From positions 1-64,000 of the IMG/VR virus record IMGVR_UViG_3300023049_000574: a DNA stretch of 64,000 nt; one strand, 5' to 3'. Under the pieces are notes generated by a model that did not search any database, was not told where the DNA came from, and saw only the letters and a program-made list of their open reading frames with translations. The position numbers and the translations under genes were made by a program. This document shows, piece after piece, positions 31,238 to 41,968 of the stretch. This DNA comes from a virus. Numbering within the stretch: the stretch's first letter is position 1; each line of letters starts with the position of its first letter.

Positions 31238-31324
31238 TAAACTATTAAGTCAGATTTTTTATATACTTATATATAAAAAATCTAAATTCAAACTAAACAA
31301 TATTAATTTTCTATATATAAAGGT

Positions 31325-32098
31325 ATGGGTGATAAAAAAATTATCATAATATGTGGATCGAAAAGGTATGACAATATTAACTTTAATAATATTGTAGATG
31401 GGTTTGATATAATACAACGCTGTAATATGAATATTAATAAAAGTGGTTATGGGACGAGAGAATCTGATATACAGGTATTAAACATACACGCAAATCAAAA
31501 TTTCAAACACGCAGATAGAATGAGGTCTGTTTATAAAAATTTTGCTAGTGGAGATGTTATTGAAGCTTTTATTGAATATGTCAGAAAAGCAAAAACAGAA
31601 TATGTGTCATTTCCTAAAAATAATACAGATAGAATTCAACGGTTTTTGAATGATAATAATATAAAATTCAAAATGAATTTAAAGAAAAAGGAACTAAGGG
31701 GAGGGTTTGCTTATATACCAAAAGCCCATGACTGTAAATATGAAATTTACCTTATTGGGTTTTCTTTAACTAAGGAACAGTACACAACCCATCAGGTAAA
31801 TTTTGACGAAAATAAACTTAAAGTCAATGATGATATACATGATAGGGATATTGAAATAGAATTATTAAAAACATTACACAATAACAACATATTAGATGCT
31901 ACATTATGTGCTATTGTAGATGAAAAAGATTTAACAATAGATTGTTCTTTAATTTCACCAAAGGTTGAATCTTTATTATATATATTACAAATATATAATA
32001 ATATGTGGTTAAAAAATTATAAAGATTTTACTAATATATTAGATACGAATAATATTAATTGGGAAAAAGATAATGATAAAATAAAATTAAGTATATGA
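31325..32098 (+). CDS. putative sialyltransferase (GT29-like)
   Basis: IIICGS...IVDGFDIIQRCN...GYGTRESD resembles sialylmotif L; IYLIGF and a downstream His; adjacent to neuB. Confidence 0.55.
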   Translation: MGDKKIIIICGSKRYDNINFNNIVDGFDIIQRCNMNINKSGYGTRESDIQVLNIHANQNFKHADRMRSVYKNFASGDVIEAFIEYVRKAKTEYVSFPKNNTDRIQRFLNDNNIKFKMNLKKKELRGGFAYIPKAHDCKYEIYLIGFSLTKEQYTTHQVNFDENKLKVNDDIHDRDIEIELLKTLHNNNILDATLCAIVDEKDLTIDCSLISPKVESLLYILQIYNNMWLKNYKDFTNILDTNNINWEKDNDKIKLSI

Positions 32099-32949
32099 AA
32101 ATAATAGCAGAAGTGGGATGTAACCATATGGGAAATATAGAGACCGCAAAGGAACTTATAGATATCGCATCAGATTTTTGTGAAGTAGATGTAGTTAAAT
32201 TTCAAAAAAGGGATAATAAAGAATTATTAACTGAGGAACAATACAATTCTCCACACCCTGTGCCAAGTAATTCATATGGGGATACTTATGGTGAGCATAG
32301 AGAATACCTAGAATTTAGCTTAGAACAACACAAGGATCTTAAAGAGTATTGTGAAGAAAAGGGAATAATTTATAGCACTTCTGTTTGGGACTTAACTAGT
32401 GCTAAAGAAATAACATCTCTAAACCCACAACTAATAAAAATACCTTCAGCATGTAATAATAATTTTGAAATGTTATCTTGGTTATGTGATAACTATACAG
32501 GAGAAATACATTGTTCTTTTGGGATGACTACAAAAGAAGAAGAACGTAATATTGTTGGACTATTTATGGAAAAGAAAAGAAACAAAGATTTAGTTATATA
32601 TAGTTGTACTAGTGGCTACCCTGTAGATTTTGAAGATGTGTGTCTTTTAGAAATAACAAGACTTAAAGAAAATTATGGGAACTTTGTAAAAGAAATAGGT
32701 TTTTCGGGACACCATTTAGGGATTGCAATTGATGTGGCAGCATTAACATTAGGTGCTAGTGTAATTGAAAGACATTTCACTAAAGACAGAACATGGAAAG
32801 GAACTGATCATTCCGCAAGTTTAGAACCTGAAGGAATGAGAAGATTAAAGAGAAATATGGTTGCTACAGAGAAAAGTTTAACATATAAATCTAAGGATAT
32901 ATTAAATATTGAAATACCACAAAGAGACAAATTAAAATATAAAAAATAA
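32095..32949 (+). CDS. neuB: N-acetylneuraminate/KDN(-9-P) synthase, no C-terminal SAF domain
   Basis: IIAEVGCNHMG, VKFQKR, KIPSA, CTSGYP, GFSGH, IERHFT, GTDHSASLEP. Confidence 0.93.
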   Translation: MKIIAEVGCNHMGNIETAKELIDIASDFCEVDVVKFQKRDNKELLTEEQYNSPHPVPSNSYGDTYGEHREYLEFSLEQHKDLKEYCEEKGIIYSTSVWDLTSAKEITSLNPQLIKIPSACNNNFEMLSWLCDNYTGEIHCSFGMTTKEEERNIVGLFMEKKRNKDLVIYSCTSGYPVDFEDVCLLEITRLKENYGNFVKEIGFSGHHLGIAIDVAALTLGASVIERHFTKDRTWKGTDHSASLEPEGMRRLKRNMVATEKSLTYKSKDILNIEIPQRDKLKYKK

Positions 32950-32950
32950 T

Positions 32951-33643
32951 ATGGAATTGAGTGAGTTGATTATAAATAAAGAAATGGGGATCACTAAAGA
33001 AAACATTATGAATTCTTTAGTAAGAAATGGTATAGTGATATTAGAGGATTATTATACAAATGAAGAGGTGTCTAAAATGGAAGAAGAATTTAATTCTGTG
33101 TTTGAGAAACATGGTGATGTGGTTGATATATTGGATAAAGAAGATTGTTCAAAGGATGAAAGAATATTTCATGCAGAAAAGTTCTCTCCTTACTTGAAAC
33201 AGAGAATATCCGATGATAAATTGTTTGAAACAATAGTTACCGAATATACTAAAGTGAATAGAAGGAATAAAAAAGTTCTTTTGAATAAAGTTGAGTATAA
33301 AGAGGGTGAGGTTAGAAATAGTGGCGCAGGTTGGCACAGAGATAACCATGATTGTCAATTCAAAGTTATTGTTTATCTAAGTGATGTGAATGAAAGAAAT
33401 GGTAATTTTCAGTTTTTGACTAATTCTTCGAAGCACCATATAGGCTATCCCACACCTAGAACTACTTCTTATAATACTAGGTTCTCAGATGAGGTAGTAG
33501 AGGGTCTAATAAAAGACAATGTTGAATTAATTAACATCGTTGGTAAGAAAGGAACAGTCTTGTTAGCTAATACTATTTATATACATAGGGGTAATATCAT
33601 CCAAGAAGGTGATAGAAAAGCCATAACACAATATTATTTTTAA
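32951..33643 (+). CDS. PhyH-like Fe(II)/2OG dioxygenase
   Basis: GWHRD, VYLSDV...NG, IHRG...R. Confidence 0.85.
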   Translation: MELSELIINKEMGITKENIMNSLVRNGIVILEDYYTNEEVSKMEEEFNSVFEKHGDVVDILDKEDCSKDERIFHAEKFSPYLKQRISDDKLFETIVTEYTKVNRRNKKVLLNKVEYKEGEVRNSGAGWHRDNHDCQFKVIVYLSDVNERNGNFQFLTNSSKHHIGYPTPRTTSYNTRFSDEVVEGLIKDNVELINIVGKKGTVLLANTIYIHRGNIIQEGDRKAITQYYF

Positions 33644-33645
33644 AC

Positions 33646-34317
33646 ATGGAAAAGAAAAAAATCGATAATTATTACAGTGAAAATAAAGAAAGTCTTATTA
33701 ATTTTTACAATGAAATTGAGAATAAGATAGAGGGTAGGATTTGCCACTCTTCTGTTATCTTAATCAAGATCGTTTGTGATCTAAATAAGATAGAAAACTA
33801 TTTAGAAATAGGCGTACATAACGGGGGTTCAATGGGTCTCATAATAGGTGATGATAATGTGAAAAACCTATATGGGCTAGATCTATTTGAAGACATGTAT
33901 GATCAGAGTAAACATCTGAATAAAAGTAAATTTGATAAATATCAGTATTTCAAAAGAGATAATTTATCAATGGCTAAAACAATTAGAAACCTAGAAAAAA
34001 TCGATAACACTAAAAACCTAAATCTAATACAGGGTAATACATACTTTGACGAAACGGAAGAAAAATTACAAGAAGTATTGGGTAATAATAAATTGGATCT
34101 AATACATATTGATGGTGATCACACATTAGATGGTGTTTCTAATGATTTTAAACGTTATTTCAAATATTTAAACACGGGTGGGTTCTTAGTATTTGATGAT
34201 TATCATCATAGTATAATAAAAAAATATGTTGATTCTATTGGAGGTGATAATATATCAAAAATAGGTAGCTTTAAGTTTAATTCGGAAGCAGAACAATTTT
34301 TAATAAAGAAGGTATGA
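33646..34317 (+). CDS. class I SAM methyltransferase (Methyltransf_24-like)
   Basis: YLEIGVHNGGS, DLIHIDGDH, GGFLVFDDY. Confidence 0.88.
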   Translation: MEKKKIDNYYSENKESLINFYNEIENKIEGRICHSSVILIKIVCDLNKIENYLEIGVHNGGSMGLIIGDDNVKNLYGLDLFEDMYDQSKHLNKSKFDKYQYFKRDNLSMAKTIRNLEKIDNTKNLNLIQGNTYFDETEEKLQEVLGNNKLDLIHIDGDHTLDGVSNDFKRYFKYLNTGGFLVFDDYHHSIIKKYVDSIGGDNISKIGSFKFNSEAEQFLIKKV

Positions 34318-34970
34318 ACTATAAAGTAGATTTATCAAAGAAATGGGATTACGAAAACGGGTTTTATCTAACTTGTGACACAGGTAGAATAGGTAAGTTT
34401 TTGAATCACTTAGAAATATACAAACAGATTATCGACCTACCAGGTGATGTCATGGAATTTGGTGTGTACAAAGGAACTTCTTTTGTTAGATTAATTTCAT
34501 TCAGAGACCTATTAGAGAACAAAGATTCTAGAAAGGTGATAGGGTTTGATGCTTTTGGTAAATTTCCTGATCAGTTATCCATTGATAGTGATAAAGATTT
34601 TGTAGGTAGTTTCGAAAATGACGGTGGATACGGAATCAATAAAAGTGACTTAGAATCTTTACTTTTAGAAAAAGGCACATCCAATTTTGATTTAGTAGAA
34701 GGTGATATAAATGAAACTTTAATTAAGTATATAGAAGAGAATCCACAGTTGAAAATATCATTATTACACATAGACGTAGATGTTTATGAGCCGACTAAAA
34801 TTATACTAGAACACCTTTGGGATAGAATAGTACCGAAAGGAATATTAATGTTAGATGACTATGGGACAATTGAAGGTGAAACGAGAGCAGTTGATGAATT
34901 CTTCGAAGGACAAAACATTGAGATAAAAAAACCTAAACATTATCATATACCATCATATATAATTAAATAA
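34314..34970 (+). CDS. TylF/MycF-family sugar O-methyltransferase
   Basis: PGDVMEFGVYKG, GFDAF, LHIDVDVYEPT, LDDY. Confidence 0.88.
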   Translation: MNYKVDLSKKWDYENGFYLTCDTGRIGKFLNHLEIYKQIIDLPGDVMEFGVYKGTSFVRLISFRDLLENKDSRKVIGFDAFGKFPDQLSIDSDKDFVGSFENDGGYGINKSDLESLLLEKGTSNFDLVEGDINETLIKYIEENPQLKISLLHIDVDVYEPTKIILEHLWDRIVPKGILMLDDYGTIEGETRAVDEFFEGQNIEIKKPKHYHIPSYIIK

Positions 34971-34980
34971 CAAATAAACC

Positions 34981-35634
34981 ATGAAGATATATGCATTCAT
35001 ACCATTAAGAAGCGGGAGTAAGGGAATCATAAAGAAGAATATAAAACATATGGCAGGTAAACCACTTGCGCAATGGGTAATAGATTCAGCCAATAAATCT
35101 TATTATGTTGATGAAACTTACATATCTACGGATTCAGATGAAATATCAGATCCTTTAAGCGAGTGTTATGTACATAAAAGGTCGGATATAAGTGCTACGG
35201 ATGAGGCATCATCCGAAATAGTGTTATTAGAATTCTGTGAAAATCTAGAAGATGATGACATAGTAGTATTTATACAAGCTACTTCACCATTACTCGAACC
35301 TTCTGAAATAGATGAAGGTATTGAAAGTATTATAAAGGGTGGATACGATTCTGCTATAAGTGTAGTTCGACAAAAAAGGTTTATTTGGGAAAATGGAAAT
35401 CCGATTAATTATAATTTAAACAATAGACCAAGGCGACAAGAATGGGATGGGTATTTAGTTGAGAATGGTGCATTTTATATAAGTAAGGTGAAGAATATTA
35501 AAGATTCTAAACTTAGAGTTTCTAGTAAAATATCAACAATTATTTGTAGTGAATATAGCTACTTTGAAATAGATGATATATCTGATTGGTATATATTAGA
35601 ATCGATAATAGAAAATAAGAATATAAAAAAATAA
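34981..35634 (+). CDS. neuA: acylneuraminate cytidylyltransferase
   Basis: IPLRSGSKGIIKKNIK, STDS, QATSPL, RPRRQ, ENGAFY, EIDD. Confidence 0.93.
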   Translation: MKIYAFIPLRSGSKGIIKKNIKHMAGKPLAQWVIDSANKSYYVDETYISTDSDEISDPLSECYVHKRSDISATDEASSEIVLLEFCENLEDDDIVVFIQATSPLLEPSEIDEGIESIIKGGYDSAISVVRQKRFIWENGNPINYNLNNRPRRQEWDGYLVENGAFYISKVKNIKDSKLRVSSKISTIICSEYSYFEIDDISDWYILESIIENKNIKK

Positions 35635-35644
35635 AAGAAAGAAA

Positions 35645-36814
35645 ATGGCATTTATATTAAAAAACCCCACACAAGAAAACAAAGGCATTATTATGTTGAC
35701 TCATAAAGAGACCAATCTTAATAACTTATTAAAAAAATACAGAAGTAGATATTTAATAGGTGTCCATGTAGGTTGGGATTTATCAAACAATAGTAACTCA
35801 GTTATGTCATTTAAGCCTGACTTTGTATTATCCTCTTTTAGTCATTTAGGACATAATGTTCCTAGAGATATAGTAATAGAATTAAATGCTAGGAACTTCT
35901 TACCTAATCACTTTAATTTCGAAAATAAAGATAAAAACCAATTATTAGAATCGATAATTAAATTAAACGAAGCCTCAGACCCTCAAATAGCTAAAAGGAT
36001 TATAGATAAGGTTAATGTTACTGAGGATGCGAATGTTTGGGATATTATATGGGTAAATAGACCAACAATTAACAAACAAATAAAAAGCTTTTTAGATAAT
36101 TTAAAAAGGTTATTTGAAGTTTATGGTATGTATGAAACATTAATAGTATGCGGTTACACAAAAGCAGAGAAAGAAGATATTAATCATAAATCTTATTTTG
36201 ATGTAGAAACATATATTAATAAAATATTTACAGAAAAAGAAAGAGAATATATCTCTTTATCTCGACCTTGGGCGGGAGAAGGATGCTTAGGTATTTCTAC
36301 ATATTATATAGCTCCCCTATATCATTGGTCAAAGGTTTACACATTTTATTCGGGGGTAGAGGGAGATGCTAGATCTTTACATGAAGCATTGTGTGGTAAA
36401 TGTAAGGTAATATATTATAAAAATTTAAAAGGCGCAGGTAAAGATTATTTAGATAAAGATAACTCACTGTATTTTGAAAACTACAGCGAATCATATAAAA
36501 CATTATACAACGCTATACAAGATGATAAAGAATTCGATCTAGATTTTATAAATAGTAAATGCTTCCAATCCAATTCTTTTAAAGTATTAAAAGATGAATT
36601 AGTAAAAATATATAAAAAGAATGGAGAAGATTTTGATGGTATTTTAAACGAAGAATACTCTTTAAACTTGGAATTAGCAGCACATAATGAAAAAACCGCA
36701 CCTTGGAAAGACCCTAGTAAAGTAACAGCAGATCTAATCCCTAAAAACTTCGATAAATTTGTTAAACATTCTACCATACTAATGGATGGTGATGGTAACG
36801 AAATAATTTTTTAA
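35645..36814 (+). CDS. putative GT-B glycosyltransferase
   Basis: SGVEGDARSLHEAL resembles the GT-B E-x7-E motif; cluster context. Confidence 0.55.
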   Translation: MAFILKNPTQENKGIIMLTHKETNLNNLLKKYRSRYLIGVHVGWDLSNNSNSVMSFKPDFVLSSFSHLGHNVPRDIVIELNARNFLPNHFNFENKDKNQLLESIIKLNEASDPQIAKRIIDKVNVTEDANVWDIIWVNRPTINKQIKSFLDNLKRLFEVYGMYETLIVCGYTKAEKEDINHKSYFDVETYINKIFTEKEREYISLSRPWAGEGCLGISTYYIAPLYHWSKVYTFYSGVEGDARSLHEALCGKCKVIYYKNLKGAGKDYLDKDNSLYFENYSESYKTLYNAIQDDKEFDLDFINSKCFQSNSFKVLKDELVKIYKKNGEDFDGILNEEYSLNLELAAHNEKTAPWKDPSKVTADLIPKNFDKFVKHSTILMDGDGNEIIF

Positions 36815-36816
36815 TA

Positions 36817-37926
36817 TCAACTATATTCTTTTATTAATGGATCTAGTTCATAAATACTACTTAATTTTCCCGAAAATATACTTATAAAAAAGGTATCGTT
36901 TTTGTTTTGATTAATATCAATTGATACTAATCTACTATCATCGATTTCCGAATTAGAATCTAAAACTTTTATAGTATAAATAGATTTTAGATAATTGATA
37001 TCGACATCTATAAAATTATTAACAACTCCCAACATTTTATCATAATTACTTTTTGGTACAAAAGGACAATTATTACAATTATCTAGTTGTAATATATCAC
37101 ACTTATCACTCTTTATCTGACAGGGCATATTAGGATATTTATCATACACCGAGTAGTGTGGTGTATATTCTACGGAAGATAGTGAGTAAGTATTTTGTAA
37201 ACCAAATGGCATCAATGAAAAAAACAACCCATCCATTACAGTTAACCCATAGTTCCCTAGATCTATTGGTGGGTCACATATTACCATCTCACATAACTGA
37301 TATTTAGTGGAAAATTCTTCAAAATTAAATAATTTCTTTATTTGGTTAATACTACTATATGTTGTATTAAAAACACCTCTACATGATATAGTATCACCAT
37401 TATTTAATTTAATTTTATAAATATCTGATTTTTCTTCTACTTGTGTTATATATGTGTTATATGAAAAGTTAGTATTATTATCTTTTAGTAATTTTTGTTT
37501 GATTATAGATACATCCATTGAACACTCTTTAACTAGATATTCATCTGTTATACTACCAGGTTTAAAAATACCACTATCTACCTTTGTGTAAGGAATTGAT
37601 ATATCGTCACAGAAGTATTCAAATTGCTCTGAGTCTATTTTACTGCCCTCTGTGGATATAGAGTATATGTGATCAAAACTATCATTTATAGAGTCTTTAA
37701 AATCATTTATGAATTTATCATAATAATTAGCTGAAAGTTCTGCTGTTTCTTTACTTCTCGGATAATGGTATCCATTGTGTAACCTTGCTTGGTTTACATA
37801 TGTTGATCTAGTAAATAAATCATTATCTATCTCTATTAACAAAACTTTCTTATCTTTAGATAAATATTTAGATAGATATAAACCATATATACCCCCACCT
37901 ATTATCAAATAATCATACTCTTTCAT
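36817..37926 (-). CDS. FAD-dependent oxidoreductase (DAO-like)
   Basis: IIGGGIYG; NQARLHNGYHYPRS. Confidence 0.85.
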   Translation of the reverse strand: MKEYDYLIIGGGIYGLYLSKYLSKDKKVLLIEIDNDLFTRSTYVNQARLHNGYHYPRSKETAELSANYYDKFINDFKDSINDSFDHIYSISTEGSKIDSEQFEYFCDDISIPYTKVDSGIFKPGSITDEYLVKECSMDVSIIKQKLLKDNNTNFSYNTYITQVEEKSDIYKIKLNNGDTISCRGVFNTTYSSINQIKKLFNFEEFSTKYQLCEMVICDPPIDLGNYGLTVMDGLFFSLMPFGLQNTYSLSSVEYTPHYSVYDKYPNMPCQIKSDKCDILQLDNCNNCPFVPKSNYDKMLGVVNNFIDVDINYLKSIYTIKVLDSNSEIDDSRLVSIDINQNKNDTFFISIFSGKLSSIYELDPLIKEYS

Positions 37927-38761
37927 CCAAGTCTTCTATAAATTTTGTTATCTTTAAAGAAACATTTTTACTGATGTCATCTTTATTTAACCTATTAAAC
38001 ATATAATTGATATTATCACATACTTTGTTTATATAAACATTCTCCTTATTTATTAAAAGTTCACCACTCAGTTCATCCCATATTATATGATTATTATCAG
38101 TTTTAATACGTATAACTCTTTTTTTATTGGTATTATATTTAGATACTATTTTCACCTTATTACTTCTTAAAAAACAGCTTTCAAATTTTTTGTGTTCTAT
38201 ATTTATATTTGATAGATTATCTACGTTAAATAAATAATCATAGATATACAAATCGTGATACATTAAATTCCCTATTATAGAACTATCGAATGTCGAGCAT
38301 TGACCGTTATATCTATATGCTTGATATTCTAACAGAATATCATTTTTTATAATATCTTTAATGTAATTTATTTCAGGGCAGAAAGTATAGATGTGATCAA
38401 CATATAATTTTCTATTCGATTCTTTTGACAATTGTACCATTTCATATACTTGATCATATGTTAAGCACATTGGTTTTTCGACAAAAACATCCTTTCCATT
38501 TATTAAAAATTCTTTAATATATTTATAATGATACTTAGTTTGGGTAGTTATAATAACTAAATCGATATTATCGGAGTTCAACAAATCTGTATATTCTGTC
38601 GAATAGGTACAATTATCTATTTTATCTACATCATTTAATCTTGATATCTTTCCTTCTCTGCCAATAACATATTTAATAGAATAATTATCATTGCCTTTTA
38701 AGGAGTTATGTATAATATTACCCCAATAACCAAATCCTAGTATTCCGATATTTTTCTTCAT
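37913..38761 (-). CDS. Gfo/Idh/MocA NAD-dependent oxidoreductase
   Basis: GILGFGYWG; VFVEKP; HD. Confidence 0.88.
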   Translation of the reverse strand: MKKNIGILGFGYWGNIIHNSLKGNDNYSIKYVIGREGKISRLNDVDKIDNCTYSTEYTDLLNSDNIDLVIITTQTKYHYKYIKEFLINGKDVFVEKPMCLTYDQVYEMVQLSKESNRKLYVDHIYTFCPEINYIKDIIKNDILLEYQAYRYNGQCSTFDSSIIGNLMYHDLYIYDYLFNVDNLSNINIEHKKFESCFLRSNKVKIVSKYNTNKKRVIRIKTDNNHIIWDELSGELLINKENVYINKVCDNINYMFNRLNKDDISKNVSLKITKFIEDLDERV

Positions 38762-38804
38762 ATTTTAAACTTTTATATATATATGATATATAAAAAGGGA
38801 ACTA

Positions 38805-39131
38805 ATGTTTAAAATTATGACGATTTATATAGATATAGATCATACTATTTGTATGACAGATGGTATGAAATATGAAGCAGCAGCACCCATCCCTGAGGCA
38901 ATTAAAAAAGCAAATAGTTTATATGATGAGGGTCATACTATTGTTTATTGGACAGCAAGGGGAACAATGTCAGGTATCGATTGGGTAAAGGTTACAAAAA
39001 AGCAATTTAAAGAGTGGGGTGTTAAATACCATGAGTTAAAAATGGGTAAACCCGCATTTGATTTATTTATAGATGATAAGAATATGAATAGCCAAAATTG
39101 GTGGAATCTAATCGATAATATATTAAAATAA
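38805..39131 (+). CDS. minimal HAD-family phosphatase (capsule-locus type)
   Basis: DIDHTI, WTARG, MGKP, FIDDK. Confidence 0.85.
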   Translation: MFKIMTIYIDIDHTICMTDGMKYEAAAPIPEAIKKANSLYDEGHTIVYWTARGTMSGIDWVKVTKKQFKEWGVKYHELKMGKPAFDLFIDDKNMNSQNWWNLIDNILK

Positions 39132-39145
39132 TTTCTTATATTTGT

Positions 39146-39364
39146 ATGGTGGAATGGATAAAGATAGATATAAATCATAAAGACGTTAAAACGGGTCAAA
39201 AAGTAATTGGTGCGTTTCAACACTTCTATACGAAGAATTATCGTTATCACGAAGTCAAGAAAGCAGATGAAGACGATTGTACTTTTAGAACAGTAGATGA
39301 TAATAGTGAAGTGTCCTATGATTGGACTCTTACGCATTACATTATTCCCGAAACACCCCAATAA
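39146..39364 (+). CDS. small hypothetical protein
   Basis: ORF after TATATTTG. Confidence 0.65.
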   Translation: MVEWIKIDINHKDVKTGQKVIGAFQHFYTKNYRYHEVKKADEDDCTFRTVDDNSEVSYDWTLTHYIIPETPQ

Positions 39365-39367
39365 GCC

Positions 39368-39553
39368 ATGAAAAAAATGTTAGTAGAAATTGAAGTATAC
39401 TCAGTTGAAGATTTGAGTGAGGGTGCTGTAAACAAAGGTAGTTATATTGAATATAAAGATGAAATCTATAAATTCGATGGCTATGATTTTGGTACATACC
39501 CCATGGCGACCAACATTAAAACAGAGGAACAGATACAACTTCCTCACTATTAA
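39368..39553 (+). CDS. small hypothetical protein
   Basis: ORF. Confidence 0.6.
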   Translation: MKKMLVEIEVYSVEDLSEGAVNKGSYIEYKDEIYKFDGYDFGTYPMATNIKTEEQIQLPHY

Positions 39554-39558
39554 ATAAC

Positions 39559-40560
39559 ATGAACGAATTATTCATAAATAAAAAAGTTTGGAAAGAGTTT
39601 AGTGAAGAAGAACTCGAAGATTATATTAATAAAGTTTTCAACTATTATAAGGAAAGAGGATTCCCATATTTCGAATTGAGTGAGGAAGCAATATTAAAAG
39701 TCTTTGAAAAAATGAAAATCTTAGATACTTCTACGTTAGATCTAGAAGATGATTGCATTAAACAAATAATGATTGGGTTGAATGTAGTTAATTATTATAT
39801 GCCACATATCTTTGAAACTCGTTCGGGTAAATTTAAGACACCTTTAGAATGTTTCAACGATGATGAGATGCTTCTCAAAGCTATTAACAAAAGAATTAGT
39901 TTTGGTGATAATATATCTGATTCGGCTATGAGAAAAGCACTTAGTTGGACACATGGTACACATAGAGTATCTAACTTTAGACCATCTGTTGCTAAATTCA
40001 TTTATGATAAATACGCAGGAGAAGGAACTGTATTAGATTTCAGTTGTGGATTCGGTGGTAGGTTGTTTGGCGCACTTTCATCTGATAAGATTAAGAAATA
40101 TATTGGAACTGATCCTAATACTAAGACACATAAGTATTTACTAAAAATGGAAAAGGATCTAAGTCCATATCATGATAAATACGTAGAGATACATGATAAA
40201 CCGATAGAAGATCTTGACTTTGAAGTTAAGTTTGATCTATCTTTTTCATCTCCTCCCTATTTTGACACAGAACAGTATAGCCATGAGGACACACAAAGCT
40301 TTATTAGATATAAAAGCAAGGAAGAATGGCGTGATGGTTTTCTAAGACAACTGATCGAAAAAAACTATGATTGGGTCAAAAAAGGTGGTTACTTTATAAT
40401 TAATATAGCCAATGTTAAGAATTATAAAGACCTAGAAACAGATACCGTAGAAATAGCTAAATCTGTTGGCTTTAATCTAGAAAGGACTCATAAGATGTTA
40501 TTATCATCATTAATGAGTGGTGGTTATAAATTTGAACCCATATTTGTATTTAAGAAGTAA
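39559..40560 (+). CDS. DNA amino-methyltransferase (motif I before SPPY)
   Basis: VLDFSCGFGGRL; FSSPPYFDTEQY. Confidence 0.85.
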   Translation: MNELFINKKVWKEFSEEELEDYINKVFNYYKERGFPYFELSEEAILKVFEKMKILDTSTLDLEDDCIKQIMIGLNVVNYYMPHIFETRSGKFKTPLECFNDDEMLLKAINKRISFGDNISDSAMRKALSWTHGTHRVSNFRPSVAKFIYDKYAGEGTVLDFSCGFGGRLFGALSSDKIKKYIGTDPNTKTHKYLLKMEKDLSPYHDKYVEIHDKPIEDLDFEVKFDLSFSSPPYFDTEQYSHEDTQSFIRYKSKEEWRDGFLRQLIEKNYDWVKKGGYFIINIANVKNYKDLETDTVEIAKSVGFNLERTHKMLLSSLMSGGYKFEPIFVFKK

Positions 40561-40850
40561 TGTATACTGAATCAGAAATAAAATTATATGTTAAACGGGT
40601 AATATTAAACGATGTTATACCACTAAGTGATATAGTAGTTGATGTCAATAATGATTGTAATTACTTTACTTGGAAACGGCTTTTTGGATACGAATATAAA
40701 GATAAAACAAGAAGTTATAGTGATCCATTACCTAGTAACGGAAAGGGGTCATTTCGTAGTATTTCGGACTCAGGATTCGATAAATTCCTAATTATTTCGA
40801 AAAGAAGCCTCTATATTAACTCAATGTTAAGAAATATCGAAGAAAGTTAA
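40560..40850 (+). CDS. hypothetical protein (degenerate tag KRSLYINSML)
   Basis: ORF. Confidence 0.6.
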   Translation: MYTESEIKLYVKRVILNDVIPLSDIVVDVNNDCNYFTWKRLFGYEYKDKTRSYSDPLPSNGKGSFRSISDSGFDKFLIISKRSLYINSMLRNIEES

Positions 40851-40912
40851 GAAATTGTTAAACTTTCGGTATATTTTTTAATATATAATATAGAGAAAAA
40901 TATACAATAATT

Positions 40913-41203
40913 ATGAAAAATTTAATAATAATACTAGTGATGTTTATGATGGCTTCTTGTTCTATTATGAACTCAACGTCAGTTAACCAAGAAATATCAA
41001 ATGACGGAAACGATATTTATCACAAAGGAAAGAAGGTTGCTTATATAGAGAATATATCTTATGTGTACCACAAAGGAAAAAAAACAGTTGGGATTAACAT
41101 TATACAATACCAACCAGGTTTTAATGATGATACAGATTTGATCGTAGAATATGTTGCGAATAAACACCCCAAAGCAAAGGTTGAAATAACTGCTTTGAAA
41201 TAA
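40913..41203 (+). CDS. putative lipoprotein
   Basis: MKNLIIILVMFMMASC signal with lipobox-like Cys. Confidence 0.7.
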   Translation: MKNLIIILVMFMMASCSIMNSTSVNQEISNDGNDIYHKGKKVAYIENISYVYHKGKKTVGINIIQYQPGFNDDTDLIVEYVANKHPKAKVEITALK

Positions 41204-41237
41204 GAAAAAATGAACTTTACTTCTTAATATATAGTGT

Positions 41238-41660
41238 ATGAGAATACAAAAATTTAACGAATTAAACAGCAGCCCTGAAGCAGCTTTAGTAAAAGGTAAA
41301 AAATTTGAACCTGATTTTGCTAAGATAAAATCTACTTTTAATGAAATATTAGAAGATAATCATATCGATCTAGTTAAACTAGAAGGTTTGAAAAAAATAG
41401 TAAAAACCGAGCATAAAAGAGCAGAGGCTATACATTCTGTATTAAAAACAGAAATAAATAAGATCCATGATGAGTATAAGAAAAACCCAACAGATGATGA
41501 AGAATCTGAAAAATTAGTTGGTGATCTAGAAAATACTGAGATGGATATCTATGAACAAATAGATAAACTAGAAGATTACTTAGAAATACTTGAAGAATTA
41601 TCGGAGGTAGTAGACCAAGAAAATGATCTTGTTACAAGCTTAAGGAAGTTTAAATTTTAA
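41238..41660 (+). CDS. coiled-coil protein, CTS-like N-terminus (MRIQKFNE)
   Basis: Late motif 4 nt upstream. Confidence 0.75.
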   Translation: MRIQKFNELNSSPEAALVKGKKFEPDFAKIKSTFNEILEDNHIDLVKLEGLKKIVKTEHKRAEAIHSVLKTEINKIHDEYKKNPTDDEESEKLVGDLENTEMDIYEQIDKLEDYLEILEELSEVVDQENDLVTSLRKFKF

Positions 41661-41917
41661 TCACCACAATCCTCTGAGTACTTTTTACTTATACTTTCTA
41701 ATAAATGATCTACATCATAGACCATGTATTGGTTAGTTGTGTCTGATTCAGATACTATTTCTTTTTCCAATTCCAAGAAATACTTTAAATTTAGGTCTTC
41801 TGCTAATTGATTGGCTTCTTCAACATTGTTGAAATTTCCCATAACATATTTACTGATGTTACCTACATCATAGTTTTTATGTATTATGACAAATGTTTTT
41901 GATAAGTTTGTTTCCAT
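41657..41917 (-). CDS. hypothetical protein
   Basis: ORF. Confidence 0.6.
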   Translation of the reverse strand: METNLSKTFVIIHKNYDVGNISKYVMGNFNNVEEANQLAEDLNLKYFLELEKEIVSESDTTNQYMVYDVDHLLESISKKYSEDCGD

Positions 41918-41968
41918 AGTTAAACATTTTTGCTTAATTTTATATATTAATTAAACGAACGGTAAAAA

